A DNA stretch of 63,840 nucleotides, the filler included, from Octopus bimaculoides (Eukaryota), in assembly GCF_001194135.2 (NCBI RefSeq). It is 4 parts of 4 records of this genome, joined end to end, with 100 filler letters (N's around TTAATTAATTAA, not from the genome) between each part and the next. Parts side by side here need not be neighbours in the genome. Positions count along the whole stretch, not along the records: positions 42,020 to 61,737 come from NC_068993.1; positions 61,838 to 63,840 come from NW_026338069.1; 2 more parts are not named here. One strand, 5' to 3'. Shown piece after piece: positions 50,744 through 63,271 of the stretch. Every line of letters starts with the position of its first letter. Positions within the stretch are counted from its first letter, which is position 1. A program made the position numbers and the translations under genes. Below the pieces are notes generated by a model that made no database searches, was not told where the DNA came from, and was given only the letters and a program-made list of their open reading frames with translations.

Positions 50744-50960
50744 AGGCACGAGCTGGCAAAGTCGTTAACAAGCAGGGCAACATGCTTAGCGGCATCCCGT
50801 CCCTCCCACGTTCTGAGTTCGAATTCCGTCGCGATCGACTTTACCTTTCATCCTTTCGGGGTCTATAAATTAAGTACCAGCTGAACATTAGAGTCGATTT
50901 AATCGACTTATCCCTTTTCCGAAATGCTGGCTCTATGCCAAATTTTGAAATCATTATTAT
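50744..50960 (+). mobile_element. SINE family B, full length
   Basis: ggcacgagctggc...atgcttagcggc...ttctgagttcgaattcc...ctttcatcctttcggggtctataaattaagtaccag. Confidence 0.88.
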
Positions 50961-51215
50961 TCGGAAAAAAACTTGTAGCTAGATATTATGATAATGAATA
51001 GGCATGCTAGAATTTCAGTATCGTATAATTATAATCTACTACAATAATACTCTTGTGCTTTTCTCCGTCACAGCATATGAATGAGAAAGGAAGGGGTGAT
51101 GGCAAGAAGGAAGGAAGGGGTGATGGCAAACTGGTAGTGGGATGATGGAGATTCTACTGTGAAAAATATCAAACAGCGTTTCAGAGTATAGTGTGTGTAT
51201 GTAAAAGGGAGGTCT

Positions 51216-51255
<40 letters not shown>

Positions 51256-51374
51256 AATGGAAGAGGGATGGTGAAACGCTAAAAAGAAAAATCAAACAGC
51301 GTTTCAACTCTGTGTGTATGTATGTGTGTGCGTGTACAAGGAAAGTATGTGAATGTATGTGTGAACTTGTGTAA

Positions 51375-51915
51375 CATCTCAACAGACAACCACAAAATAA
51401 CATTGACAAGTGTATTAATTTGATTTACCATCCATATTCTATGTGTTTTGTTAAAAATAATTATTACAATCACACACACCTACACAAACATATACATATA
51501 CAAACTCATTGGAGAAAATAAATTGCCTGAGTGTATCAAGAATATAAAACGACTGCAGTTGAAAGGTATATTATAAATACACATTTTAATTTAACAGTTT
51601 ATACATTCCTTAATTTATTTATATTAAGAAATTTGTACCCAGTGTATTTTAATATGGTGTTCTTTCAGTAATTAACGATGATCGTTGTCACATCTCAAAA
51701 TACAACCACGAGACAACATCGAGAAGTGTATTAATTTGAATAACCATCCATAGTCTATCTGATGTGTTACAAATAATTATTACAATCACACACATCTACA
51801 CAAACATATACATATACTAATTTATGAGAGAAAATAATTATTGCCTGAGAATATCAAGAATATAAAACGACTGCAGTTGAAAAGTATATTATAAATAAAC
51901 ATTTAACAATTCATA
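51375..51915. repeat. Diverged tandem duplication (~225-bp copies, 316-bp period)
   Basis: aagtgtattaatttga...aaataattattacaatcacacaca.ctacacaaacatatacatatac...caagaatataaaacgactgcagttgaaa.gtatattataaata occurs twice. Confidence 0.9.
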
Positions 51916-52077
51916 TGTGTGCCTAATTCATTTATATTCAGAAATTTATGTAATAAATTTTGAATAAGGAGTTTTTACAACATCAACTATAAGACACGGA
52001 CTGATTTTTGTGGCTTTAAATCGTATGAGCTTAGGTTGGTTTCAGTAATGGAGAGCGGAATTGAAAGGATACGTCGC

Positions 52078-52333
52078 TTCGAAAAAGTTGGTATTTACTT
52101 GCCAGCTCCCGTCATTAGTCAAGGCCAACTTTATGTGACCTTAAGTCGTACAAGAAGGAAGGAAAGCTTTAAAATTCTTTTAAAGGAAACAAGCAGCCAA
52201 AGGATATTAGTTGCGGGTAGATTTTTCACAAAAAGTTTGGTAATAAAATAATTATTAAGCTAAAAACTTGTACCTTATGATATATAAAATATTACAATTA
52301 GCCGTCATTTTTTGATGGCACGGGGCCAGATAG
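52078..52333 (+). mobile_element. Helitron 3' end: PIF1-type helicase C-terminal fragment plus terminal hairpin
   Basis: FEKVGIYLPAPVISQGQLYVTLSR (helicase motif GQLYVAxSR), stop at 52251, hairpin GCCGTCA-TTTTT-TGATGGC (52301-52319), terminus ATAG|T (CTAG variant). Confidence 0.8.
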
Positions 52334-52669
52334 TTATGTTATAATAATGCAGTGACATATTTGACCAGGGTCATCATTTTGGTTGCCATAGTCCCGACGT
52401 TTCGGCCGTTGGTGCAATGAGGTGGTGGCTATAAGCGTTGACTAAAGCTCAAGTGTGAAATGTAATAGTTTTACTAGTAGACGTGACTTCAATTCCCGTT
52501 CCAGTCAATAAGATATATACCCTGGCTCAAGGGGAATGGGCAGGCGACATAACAAATAGAAAACATAACTAAAAGAAGAATATCTTAGTTGTGAACAACG
52601 GAATGGCAGCAATCTCTCCTCGTATATTAAATAAAGGTTCTAAATTTTGTGAACATTACAGAATATGAT

Positions 52670-52795
52670 AGGTAACTGAAGCTGTTTGGAGGGTAGACGA
52701 ACGGGATGTTGTGAATATAATAAACAAGATGAAACAACAGACCGAATATATCTGTGTATCATAATGATAATTCCTCATCCCAGAAATTCTGTCCT
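52670..52795 (+). repeat. Old degraded copy of the 29070-29262 Penelope-like repeat
   Basis: ctgaagctg..tggagggta...atgttgtg...aaacaagatga...ataattcctcatc; the ribozyme core has decayed. Confidence 0.55.
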
Positions 52796-53084
52796 AAAAT
52801 TATTATTGGTAGTAAGGTATTCAATAATATAGCACTAACCTTGTACTTAAGATTCGAGCTGCCTATGGACATTTGTATGTCATCATTATCACATTAAGTT
52901 ATCATGATACTTAGCTATTTGTGCACAGTACTTAATTAAAGATAAAGCACAGCTGAGCAATACGCTACACCATATTAAAATACACTATACGACACTCCAT
53001 TACCTTACACCATCCTGCAATAAACTCATAAAGAAAAGAAAGAAGAAAAAAGAAAAAGAAAAAAGAGCCAAGGGCTCATAAGTC

Positions 53085-53278
53085 CCGTTTCCCGGATTCT
53101 GTGGCGTATATATTTACCCCCACTTCCTGGATGGGACGCCGGATTACTCTTTTTTGCAGGATTACTCTTTTTTGTCAGCTGAGTGAAATGAAGTATTTTG
53201 CTCAAGAACACAACGAATCATCCGGGTCAGGAATCGAAACGACAATCTTACGATCTCGCGAGCAACACACTACGCTAT
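53085..53278 (-). mobile_element. tRNA-headed SINE (family C-related) with an 18-bp internal tandem duplication
   Basis: tgaagtattttgctcaagaacacaac...caggaatcgaaacgacaatcttacgatc (minus-strand B box); ggattactcttttttg occurs twice. Confidence 0.7.
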
Positions 53279-54115
53279 TTTAGATTACACAACACTTCAA
53301 ACACTACTCCACAGTACACTGTACTTTATATTACCATACACTAACCCACACTACAATGTATTACTCTACTCTATATCACACTCTCCTACATTACAATAAT
53401 ACCGCAAGACATCACGCTGCATTCTACTGATCTTCAGATCTCAAAATCACACAAGAAGACATTTCTTTTACCTCAAGTTGATATGGATATATACAACAAT
53501 AACGACAACAACAGCACTGTTACAAGATACATCTTCAACATTCCCATTTTCACATGTCCCTCTTATTTGGTTTTCTTTTAAAAGGGGGACGCACACCCCC
53601 TACCCTCTGTAGCAGCCTCACGTCTTTTTTATGCCTTCCCCTATTCTCGTGCAATAGACGTATATGTTGCAGAGCAACAGCATTGACAAGAATAACAACA
53701 GTAGCAGCAGCAGCAGCAAAAGTAACTTAACTAACACAACAATGGCAGCAGCAACATCAACATAACAGCACCAGCATATACAGCAACCACAACAGTAACA
53801 ACAAAGAGTAACTGCAACGGCACATAACAAAGCAACAGTGACAGCATCTATTATGATTTTTATAAAACAACAACTACAATAAGTACATCACCAGTTTTGG
53901 AATGCGTAGCCAGATGTAGTGCAATGGTGATAATATTATTTCATCGACCAGAAGTTCTGCTCACTTAGATGCCCACCATTGCTGCACACTCTGCCTTCCA
54001 CCCAGAAATTACCCCACCCACTCCTATGTCACAGGACTCCACCCTCATTTCCCCCCTCTTTCTCCGGCACAATTTCTGTCGTTCACATCGACACGGGCAT
54101 ACCACACACATACGC

Positions 54116-54176
<61 letters not shown>

Positions 54177-54189
54177 TATGTATATATGA

Positions 54190-54220
<31 letters not shown>

Positions 54221-54312
54221 CAAACATATATATTTGTGTATATATGTGTGTATATATATATGTATGTATATATGTTTGTGTATATATATATGTATGTATA
54301 TGTGTGTGTATG

Positions 54313-54349
<37 letters not shown>

Positions 54350-54603
54350 GATACACAGATATTGATACTCACATACAAATACATACACACACACACAGTT
54401 GTCATTTCTACGAACACACTCTTAAGGGTCCACACACACACACAAACATTTCAATATTAATCCGCTGACCTTCCTCCATATCCAATTGTTCTTCTTCAAA
54501 CGCCCTTTCTCCTGCTTCATAACCCTCGCTTTCTAAATATACGGCTCGACACATCTCTTCCACTCCTTTACGTTTTCTCCCCTACTGCTCGTCTCTCTTT
54601 CTC

Positions 54604-54634
<31 letters not shown>

Positions 54635-54894
54635 CATGCCTGCATTCATTTCAGTCTTTGTTGCGTCTCACCTTCACAACCCCCATTTCTTCCCCTCTTG
54701 CTATCTCACCCACATAATCACTTACACACACATTAAGTAAAAGAAGTACTCAATACTGTGGTGCAGAGAGAGGGAATTAACAATATTTCTTCAAACCTGA
54801 GTCTGGGCAAGTCGCTATCGCCTGAAACGGGAGCAGGATACTCGAAGTAGCGCCTCAGTATCGCTGAATGCACAAGCATGGCCAGAAAATATAA

Positions 54895-55030
54895 TATTGG
54901 TTTCAAATTTTGGCACAAAGCCAGAAAGTTTGGGGAAGGGTGTAAGTCAATTACGTTGACCCCAGTACTCAACTGGTATTTATTTTATCGCTTTGGAAAA
55001 GATGAAATGTAAACTCGACCTCGGCGGATT
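54895..55030 (-). mobile_element. SINE family B 3' half
   Basis: tttcaaattttggcacaaagccag...gaccccagtactcaactggtatttattttatc...ctcgacctcggcggatt. Confidence 0.8.
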
Positions 55031-55075
55031 ATACACATATACTATATAAACACATAAGCATAGAAATGTATAAAT

Positions 55076-55135
<60 letters not shown>

Positions 55136-55577
55136 TTATACGTGTATGTGTATGTTGGAGAGAACATATATAATATATTTGTTTATTCATTTATTTATTT
55201 ATTTATTTACACACACACGCACACGCACACGCACACACTGATATATGGGCGTAGCTAAAAAACACAACGCTCATGTATCCACACTCATATATACACAAAT
55301 ATATTTGTAGACATGAATATATGTGTTTATGAATGTGTGTATGTATGGATGGTTGGATGGATGGATGGATGGATGGATGGATGGATGGATGGATGGATGG
55401 ATGGATGGATGGATGGATGCATGCATGCATGAAGGAACGTGAGTTTACCCTAATCCTAGCTTTTTCACTATCTGTCCCTCGTATATCTTTCTGCTCTCTT
55501 TCGTTCACTCCTTGTTTATTTTCACACTTACATTTTCCAGATCTTCCTTGCCGTATTTTACGTCTTTTCTGCTCCCT

Positions 55578-55622
<45 letters not shown>

Positions 55623-55742
55623 CCATATCTTCCGATTCACATACGCATTGTTCTGTTGCTTTGTTTGGTGTTTCCCTAATATTCGGCACCTCACCCAGCT
55701 GGCCACCAGCTAATAGTGGTGTGTGGGGGTATATGAGGCAAG

Positions 55743-55796
<54 letters not shown>

Positions 55797-58552
55797 AAGA
55801 GTGCAGTTTGTCATTCTGAGTCGAGGGTGTGTTTATGTAAGACTACAGTGAAAATAGAGCAGGTGTGAAGATAGTATGGAGTGGAGGAGAGAACGACAGA
55901 CACGCTGAGAGACGGGAGGCGAGAATCGTTATAGAGTGAAACAGGGTACTGTGAGAGGGGTTTTCATCGAGAGAGAGAGAAAGAGATCTAGAAGAATGGG
56001 TATTGAGTAAGAGTGATTTAAATTCCACGGTGTGAGAGAGAGAAAGTGAGAGAGAGAACAGAAAAGTGGAGTAGTGGGAGGAAATATGTGGTAGAGAAAG
56101 AAGTCAGATATGTGGTAGCAAAACAAAAATTTTTTTAAATGAGGTAGAAGAGAGAAATAAAGAGGAGGAAAGTGAGTAGAGTGGGAGGGAAAGAGAGAAG
56201 ACCTTAAGAACGAGTGGAAGGTCGAGGAGACAGATATGTGGAAAACTTAGCTTGCGTTTTATTTACGTAAATACTGATATCATATTTCAAAACCGGGAAC
56301 AACAGACCCGGATTGCTGGTTGGATGTGTAGGTAGGTGATGGGTAGTTGTAATGGGATGTAGGAGGAGGATACAGAACATTGACATAGTACCCGCCTTAA
56401 GCCTCCTGTCTTAACAATCCACCCGTCTATTGCTGAGAGGTGGTACTTTTTTCAAACGATTGTAACTATAACATTCATTACTTACTCTGTGGGCGAGCAA
56501 CGTACAGTTGAGCTAAGAGCCCAATATATCAAGTACGTGACCCGGTTTCAAGTCCTACTTGCAGTCACTTCTCATCACTTCACTTTATATCGCTAATACC
56601 CTTTAAAAAGTATAAACGTTACACTGTGTAGATCTCTCTTTCATCGTCCCTCCAATGAATTCTAGTCTTTCTACCTATATATANNNNNNNNNNNNNNNNN
56701 NNNNNNNNNNNNNNNNNNNNNNNNNNNNNNNNNNNNNNNNNNTATATATATATATATATATATATATATGAAGTTTTAACGTTGTACAATGGAGACAAAT
56801 AACCTGACAGTGCATTGAGCTTGTAGCCCAATTGAAATCCATTTTAATTTACTTGACACCATTCATCGCTTCATTCCATGAGCAATAGATGTATGTCGCT
56901 CTTATCCATACTTTCACCCCAGCCCTTCTAAAGAATTCCACAATCATAGCCCCTGGTGTCAAAGTAAATTCCACGCGAATTTTTCCTAGTTTAGAAAAGC
57001 TCTGTAAAAGGCATAAAAGAGCCGTCAATTTTATGTAAGAGATTATAAATTTCTCGGAAAACAATGGGATGGCACAGCTGGTAAATGTGTACTTCGAAGT
57101 ATTGCTATATCTATTTATATGTCAAATCCTACCCAGACCGATGGGTATTTACTTTCATCCCTCCAGCATCAATGATAGCAACAATACACTGAATATACTG
57201 ACGCCGATTCGATATATAGAACACATCTTTTTCGCTCTAGCTCTGTGAAGGGAGCAAATGTAGAAATCTGAATTACCTTTCAAATTAAAACTAAGCAATT
57301 GAACACTTAGTGCTTTTATCTGTGACAAAGCAATTATCCAGTTCATCTAGCTTAATAGCTGCAAAACTAAAGGTCAGTTTCAAAACGTGGGCTGCTGAAT
57401 AGATAAGGGATTGGATAAATAAAAGAATGGCCAATGGCTCGTACTGTGCCATCAGTAATAACTCTATTTATCCAAGTATCAGCAGACTGTTTGGTCTAAC
57501 CAGTTCTAAGTATTTATAACGCTATGGTATAGTGTCCACTTCTGTAAACAATAGCAAGTTCACCTTTCGGCTATAGAGGTAAGCAGTAATAGCTTATCGC
57601 TCTGTCACATGGGGAAGTGTACCATCTGCTTGAAGGAAACTGGAGGTAAGATCAGCTCTGTAGAGCCTTGTTATGGAGAAAAAGATTAAAATTTTGCCGG
57701 TGAGTGCAGTAGTAGCACTGTATATTCGATTTGTGTGTAGCTTGGCACACAGGTTCAACATTTTAAGTTCAATGGAAAATTAAAATCTTCAAGCTCTTCT
57801 CAGAAGAATTAAAATTGTATGAAGGAAATTTACTGGTATAAATAGAGAATCGAACCAGAGTATAGTTATCCAGCATTTCGTTAACGTTTAGCAGTAGCTC
57901 ATGTCTGAACATAGTGCAATCAGATCTCTTCCATTACACAATATGGAAACAAAATCTTCAATGGAGATTAAATGCATTTGATATGTTGTGAGTTCGTCCA
58001 TAGCTTTTCTAACGAAGTAAAGGAGGGCGTTCCAATTAGGCAAGTAAATAAATCTTATGATTTTTCTTTTTACATGAGAGAAACATTAAGTTGTGACGTT
58101 CATGCATTTTCTGGGCGATTAAGCTGAAATAAACCACCAACCCTAGACCAGGGTTTCGTTTGTATGCGCTCGAGTATCTATGAAATGACATACTCAAAAA
58201 AAATCGTAATTTCCCCACTAAATCGAAACTTTTGAACAAATTGAAGGTGACTAAAAAGATTATGAAAGTGGATAATGACATTTTAGCTATATGAAGAACT
58301 TTGAGAATGTAAAGGAAAGAGGTTTCCACTTAGAAAAGTAGTTGGTAAGTTCGGTTCTATGAGATGTTTAAACAGGACATTGTGATCAGCAACAATGCTA
58401 CAAAAGCAAATTGTATTCGCTTTGGAAAATACTGACGAGGCGAATTCAGAAAAAGTCGAATTACTTAATATGACTGGTACAAATATAATGATTATTTGTT
58501 TTGCTCAGAAAAGAGATATTAACGAAAATATTATTTATTCCAAGCACATCAA

Positions 58553-58750
58553 AGAGGCAAGTTGGTAGAATCGTTGGCACGTTGGACAAAATGCAAAGGG
58601 GCATTTCTTCCGATTCTAAGTAAGTGAGTTCAAGTCCTGCTGAAGTCAACTTTACCTTTCACCGTTTCGGGGTAGATAAAACAAGGTAGCAGTATTTCCC
58701 CCTCCCTCAAAATTTCTAGCCTTGTGCCAATATTAAAAAGAATTATTTAT
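58553..58750 (+). mobile_element. SINE family B, diverged
   Basis: ggcaagttggtagaatcgttggcacg...gagttcaagtcctgctgaagtcaactttacctttcaccgtttcggggtagataaa...ccttgtgccaa. Confidence 0.8.
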
Positions 58751-59153
58751 TCTACGCACAGTCAAATATATTGTAGCAATGTCCAATGGTGAGTGATTAA
58801 CAGAAAAATTGATTTCATGATATTAAAGCATTAATAAAACATAATCATCCCCAACATCTCGTTTAAAATGACATATTCCCGTAGCGTTTAAAATGACATA
58901 TTCCAGTAGCGAGTGCCGTCTGGTTTAGATCATAATATGATGAATTTTGCAGTAGGGTTTCAATTCTCAGAAAGCAATATTTACCTACATACACTTCGCA
59001 TTGCTAACATTATTGAAAATGGTAGGAATATGACAAATTGATTTATATTCTTTCTACCAATAGGATCAATAACCAATTGAAAGATAATGAGGGTTATGAA
59101 AAATCAGTGCTAAAATAAATGCAGATATACTTTGTTTATTTCATCACAATTTG

Positions 59154-59205
<52 letters not shown>

Positions 59206-59355
59206 TCGTTTACCTTTAACAGGTTTCATATTCATGACAGGAGGTGTGTTCAAGGATTTTGTCGATCAGAGCAACCCTAATACTTATACAAAATGATTAA
59301 GTTACAGGACATAAAGTGACACAGTATAAAGCACACACATACACACACGCATGTA

Positions 59356-59378
59356 TCCGTATATATATAAAAGGCAAG

Positions 59379-59411
<33 letters not shown>

Positions 59412-59792
59412 GGGAATGTAATTTATGCACGTCCACAAATTAGCACGCATGTCGCTCCAATTTTAGGAGGACATTCGTTATGACCCTATCTGCATTTTCG
59501 TCAACTTTTTCTCTCAGAGGCACCCGCGTATAGCTGTAAAAATCGATTTTCAACCATAATTTTTAACAATTTTCAAGTCGGAGAAATCAACCATTGTTTA
59601 CAATAGGAGTTATGTCCCCTTCTAGCGACGAGCAAGTTTTTAAAACTTTTGTTGTTTTTTTTTCCATCGAGGAAAAAAGTGTTTTGTTGATATATGGGCA
59701 ACACACACACACACATACGAACATGTATGCGTACAAAAAATATGTATGCAATTAGTGTACACACGTGCGTGTGTGTATGTGTGTGCGTGTTG

Positions 59793-59824
<32 letters not shown>

Positions 59825-60655
59825 NNNNNNNNNNNNNNNNNNNNNNNNNNNNNNNNNNNNNNNNNNNNNNNNNNNNNNNNNNNNNNNNNNNNNNNNNNNN
59901 NNNNNNNNNNNNNNNNNNNNNNNNNNNNNNNNNNNNNNNNNNNNNNNNNNNNNNNNNNNNNNNNNNNNNNNNNNNNNNNNNNNNNNGAGGTCAGCAGCTC
60001 CCCCTTGCTGGTTTGGCATCTGCAGACTAGACTAGTTTCAGGGTGTTGCCCCTTGTCAATGCAGAGCAGCCAAGCTCCAGCCAGGCGGCGCTACTGACTG
60101 CCTGTTTGAAGGTTATTTATCTAATTTCAGTGGAATCTATCCACTGGTTTTCAGAAATAGAGTTATTAATATTTCTAAGTCTCTCTAAAGGAGACTACGG
60201 CAGCGGTACTGGAAATTAATAGTTATCGCCAAGCCAACATGGCAGTCCCAAAATTAGGACGAAAGCTGCCGTGAATTAGCTCCAAGAAGCCATCGCCTCT
60301 AGCTAGCTATGTGACACACGAAACCTACATATACTTAAGACTTAGTTGTGACCTGAACATATCTGCTTCTGACACAGAGAATCGGGAGCCCTTTTGGGCA
60401 TTCTATTTTCCTTGCTGGAAGGGTTCCCAACCTATGGGTAAAGAGGGGTTAGATGATGGCGGTGGTGTTTTCAAAGGGCTGGCATATGTAACCTGATCAC
60501 CTCTTCTGATCAAACTCCCAACCCATGCGCTCCCATCGCAATGCTGATTCTGCTCAAATTTGACGTCGATGTTACTTAGTTTGGTTTGAAATAAAGAACT
60601 TGATTAACTTAATAATCCCAACTTAATCCCGGGAAAAGCCGGGCTATACTGCTAG
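59356..60655 (+). mobile_element. Non-autonomous Helitron with both termini, interrupted by a gap
   Basis: A|TCCGTATATATATAAAAGGCAAGA(TG)n at 59356; 3' hairpin CCCGGGAAAAGCCGGG followed by CTAG|T at 60652-60656. No TSD; AT target. Confidence 0.7.
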
Positions 60656-61396
60656 TATGACATATTTCTGTGCATCTTCTAGTCACAAAATTCTATACAA
60701 GCTAGTGATCGAACCCAGGATCACCAGATGAACTTTTTAATTATACAATTACGATTGCACCTCTGCATGTGTGAGTATACAAGAAAAATATTTACATGAA
60801 AACTTTATACCCAATATTTTGATTAAATTTAATATTTATCAACTATGCATAACCATAGCATTTGCTTCTTTTGCGCCCTTTGATGGAAACGTCAATAACA
60901 AAGACTTCCATCCGATTATGTCGACATATGATGTGGCATTAACTTAATTCATCATATGTTTGTTAAATACGTGATACACATGTCATATTACTAACATTGT
61001 TCACGACGACAGAATATGAAAAGGTTCTGTAAACAAAGCAGAGTTGTTTGATTATTGTTGTTGTTTCTCGTTGTTTATTGTTGTTCTTGTTTACAATGTT
61101 GTAATTCTAGCTGATGTTGGACAGGAGTTGTTGTTGTCACCCTATATGAGCAAACCTGTGATCAAAATTATTCTCTTGATGAAAGTCCCTTTAAAAACAA
61201 TGAAACTCATCCTGCATTATAACGTTGTTGTCGTTGTTGTTGTTATGATGGTCTTGCTTCTGTATCTTTTACTATCACCTATTTGTTTAATACGAAGAGA
61301 TATACATGTCAATCCATATGCGTGTGCGCGCGTCTTTTTATGTATGCATGTGTATGTGTGTGTGTACGCGCACACACATACACACATACACACAGA

Positions 61397-61555
61397 CGTG
61401 GTTGTGTGGTGTGAAGTTTGCTTCCAAACAACATGGTTCCAAGTTCAGTCCTACTTGCATGGCACTTCGGGAAAGTGTCTTCTAGTATAACCTTAGGCCG
61501 ACCAAAGCCTTGTAAGTGGATTCCGTAGATGGAAACTGAAAGAAGCCCGTCCTGT
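61397..61555 (+). mobile_element. SINE family A 5' half
   Basis: gtggttgtgtggtgtgaagtttgcttcc...ggttccaagttcagtcc...aagtgtcttcta...ggccgaccaaagccttg...ggaaactgaaagaagcccgtc. Confidence 0.85.
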
Positions 61556-61584
61556 ATATATATATATATATATATATATATTGA

Positions 61585-61737
61585 CCGTTGACTGAACACT
61601 ATTCAATTTTTTTTCTCCGTGTTTTTCTCCTTGTCTCCGTATTCTTTCTGTTGAAGAGCGTAGCTCGAAACGTCAAAGACTTTCCGTATTCCCGAGCGTC
61701 ATACTAATATATACTTTTGTTATTTACACCACCTGTC
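61585..61737 (+). mobile_element. Penelope-like terminal repeat carrying a variant minimal hammerhead
   Basis: Shares its 3' part with 15266-15350 and contains the ribozyme motif at 61643-61679. Confidence 0.55.
61643..61679 (+). ncRNA. Minimal type I hammerhead ribozyme motif with a CUGUUGA core
   Basis: Stem I TCTTT/AAAGA (perfect), core CTGTTGA, A, stem II GAGC-GTA-GCTC, GAAA-C-GTC. Predicted cleavage after 61674. Confidence 0.65.
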
Positions 61738-61837
61738 NNNNNNNNNNNNNNNNNNNNNNNNNNNNNNNNNNNNNNNNNNNNTTAATTAATTAANNNNNNN
61801 NNNNNNNNNNNNNNNNNNNNNNNNNNNNNNNNNNNNN

Positions 61838-61979
61838 AGAAAGAGGAGGAAAGAAAAGAGAAAGAGGAGGAAAGAAAAGAGAAAGAGGAGGAAAGAAAAG
61901 AGAAAGAGGAGGAAAGAAAAGAGAAAGAGGAGGAAAGAAAAGAGAAAGAGGAGGAAAGAAAAGAGAAAGAGGAGGAAAG
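61838..61979. repeat. 21-bp polypurine minisatellite (AGAAAGAGGAGGAAAGAAAAG), ~6.7 copies
   Basis: Directly visible perfect repeats; truncated by the gap on the left. Confidence 0.95.
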
Positions 61980-62216
61980 TAAAATCATGAAAATGACGGA
62001 AGAAAATGCGCAATTTCAGTAATGTGGGGAACATAAATACAGAAATAAACAAGAAGATATTCTAGTGGACTATTATTAATTTGTATTCAGCTTCGCTCCA
62101 TTATCACGGTAGATTAATCTTCTGAAATTTTTCGACATATGAAATATATTAAACCTCATATGGAATCAATCACAACAATGTAAAGTACCCTACTTTATAC
62201 TGCTGCCGTATTAACC

Positions 62217-62269
<53 letters not shown>

Positions 62270-63271
62270 AGTAACTTTCTGTCTGTCTGTCTCTTTATTT
62301 ATTATATGATTTTATCATTTGTTTAAATGTCTTTTTCTTTGTGTGTGTATTAAAATTCTTCGTAGAAGGAAGAAGCTGGTTTCTCAGAAAGAAACAAAAC
62401 TTCGTCGCTGAAATTTTAATAAATGCAAAATGTTTCATATGTTAAACCTTAGAAAATTCTTGCATATTTTTACAGATCCACTTACAGCGTGTACTTGTAA
62501 ATGTGAAAACCTGAAAATTTGAAAATTCAAGCTTTTCCAGTTTGTTACTTAGATACGAACATAACCATGGGTACCAATAATTATTGGCATAAATGTGAAT
62601 TTGTAACCAGGATAGAGGAGCTGCAGATTTCAAAGTAGTTGTCCATAAACCTTCCTTTTCTCATCGATTTTATAAAATTTGCTTATATCTACATAAAATA
62701 TACAGTTTTCTCCAAACTACTATATCAAGCATTTTGTGTTTGCACTTGATAGATGTTTAGATGGGAATGTTACACCAATATTCTCTGTATTGAAATGTAT
62801 TTATTCAATAAAAGAGGCGTTGTTTATATTTATTCCAGAGCAGGATTTTCTACTGATGACATTTTATATTTTTTTCAACAGTATCATTTCGTGATTGGAG
62901 GTGATACCTCGATGACATTTTGTGGCTTTGTTGATAACACGTGTTATATTCTCCACAAAAAAAGTGACATAGTCATCATTTATGCTTGCATCTCGTGTGT
63001 TTAAGGTCTGCATTGTCTTGTTCGTTCATTAAATATTTCATAGCTATCTCCTACTCCATAATTTCAAAAGTATGACCTTCGAGACTTCATGCGTTGCAAC
63101 GGTCACATGATTAATATTATCATCATCCCCAAGTTTACGGGAAACATACCCATCATACATAACCTTTTTTATGTTACGCAGAGTGTTCCTCTTCCAATCT
63201 TTGGTGGGATATATTAGTCCTGCCCTTGTGAATTCACAGGGAAGGTAATCAAGGAAAAAACACAGTTCAAA

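Noticed and set aside
57600-57646. LSHGEVYHLLEGNW followed by a GTAAG donor, similar to the NPSR ECL2 LSNGEVQCW
   Set aside because: Lacks the essential Cys, and no TM4 sequence lies upstream in frame.
58861-58910. 25-bp tandem duplication gtttaaaatgacatattcc(c/a)gtagc; similar short duplications at 27057-27095 and 51085-51130
   Set aside because: Ordinary slippage-type duplications. No regular repeat-spacer array, so nothing CRISPR-like anywhere in the window.
3078-59986. Dozens of long ORFs in the supplied track (poly-X, YIYI, CVCV, HTHT, poly-L/I/N/E/K)
   Set aside because: They are read-through of N gaps or translated di-, tri- and tetranucleotide microsatellites.
62872-63004. Strong-looking acceptor (ttttttcaacag) before YHFVIGGDTSMTFCG...
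   Set aside because: No similarity to the receptor and no clear donor.
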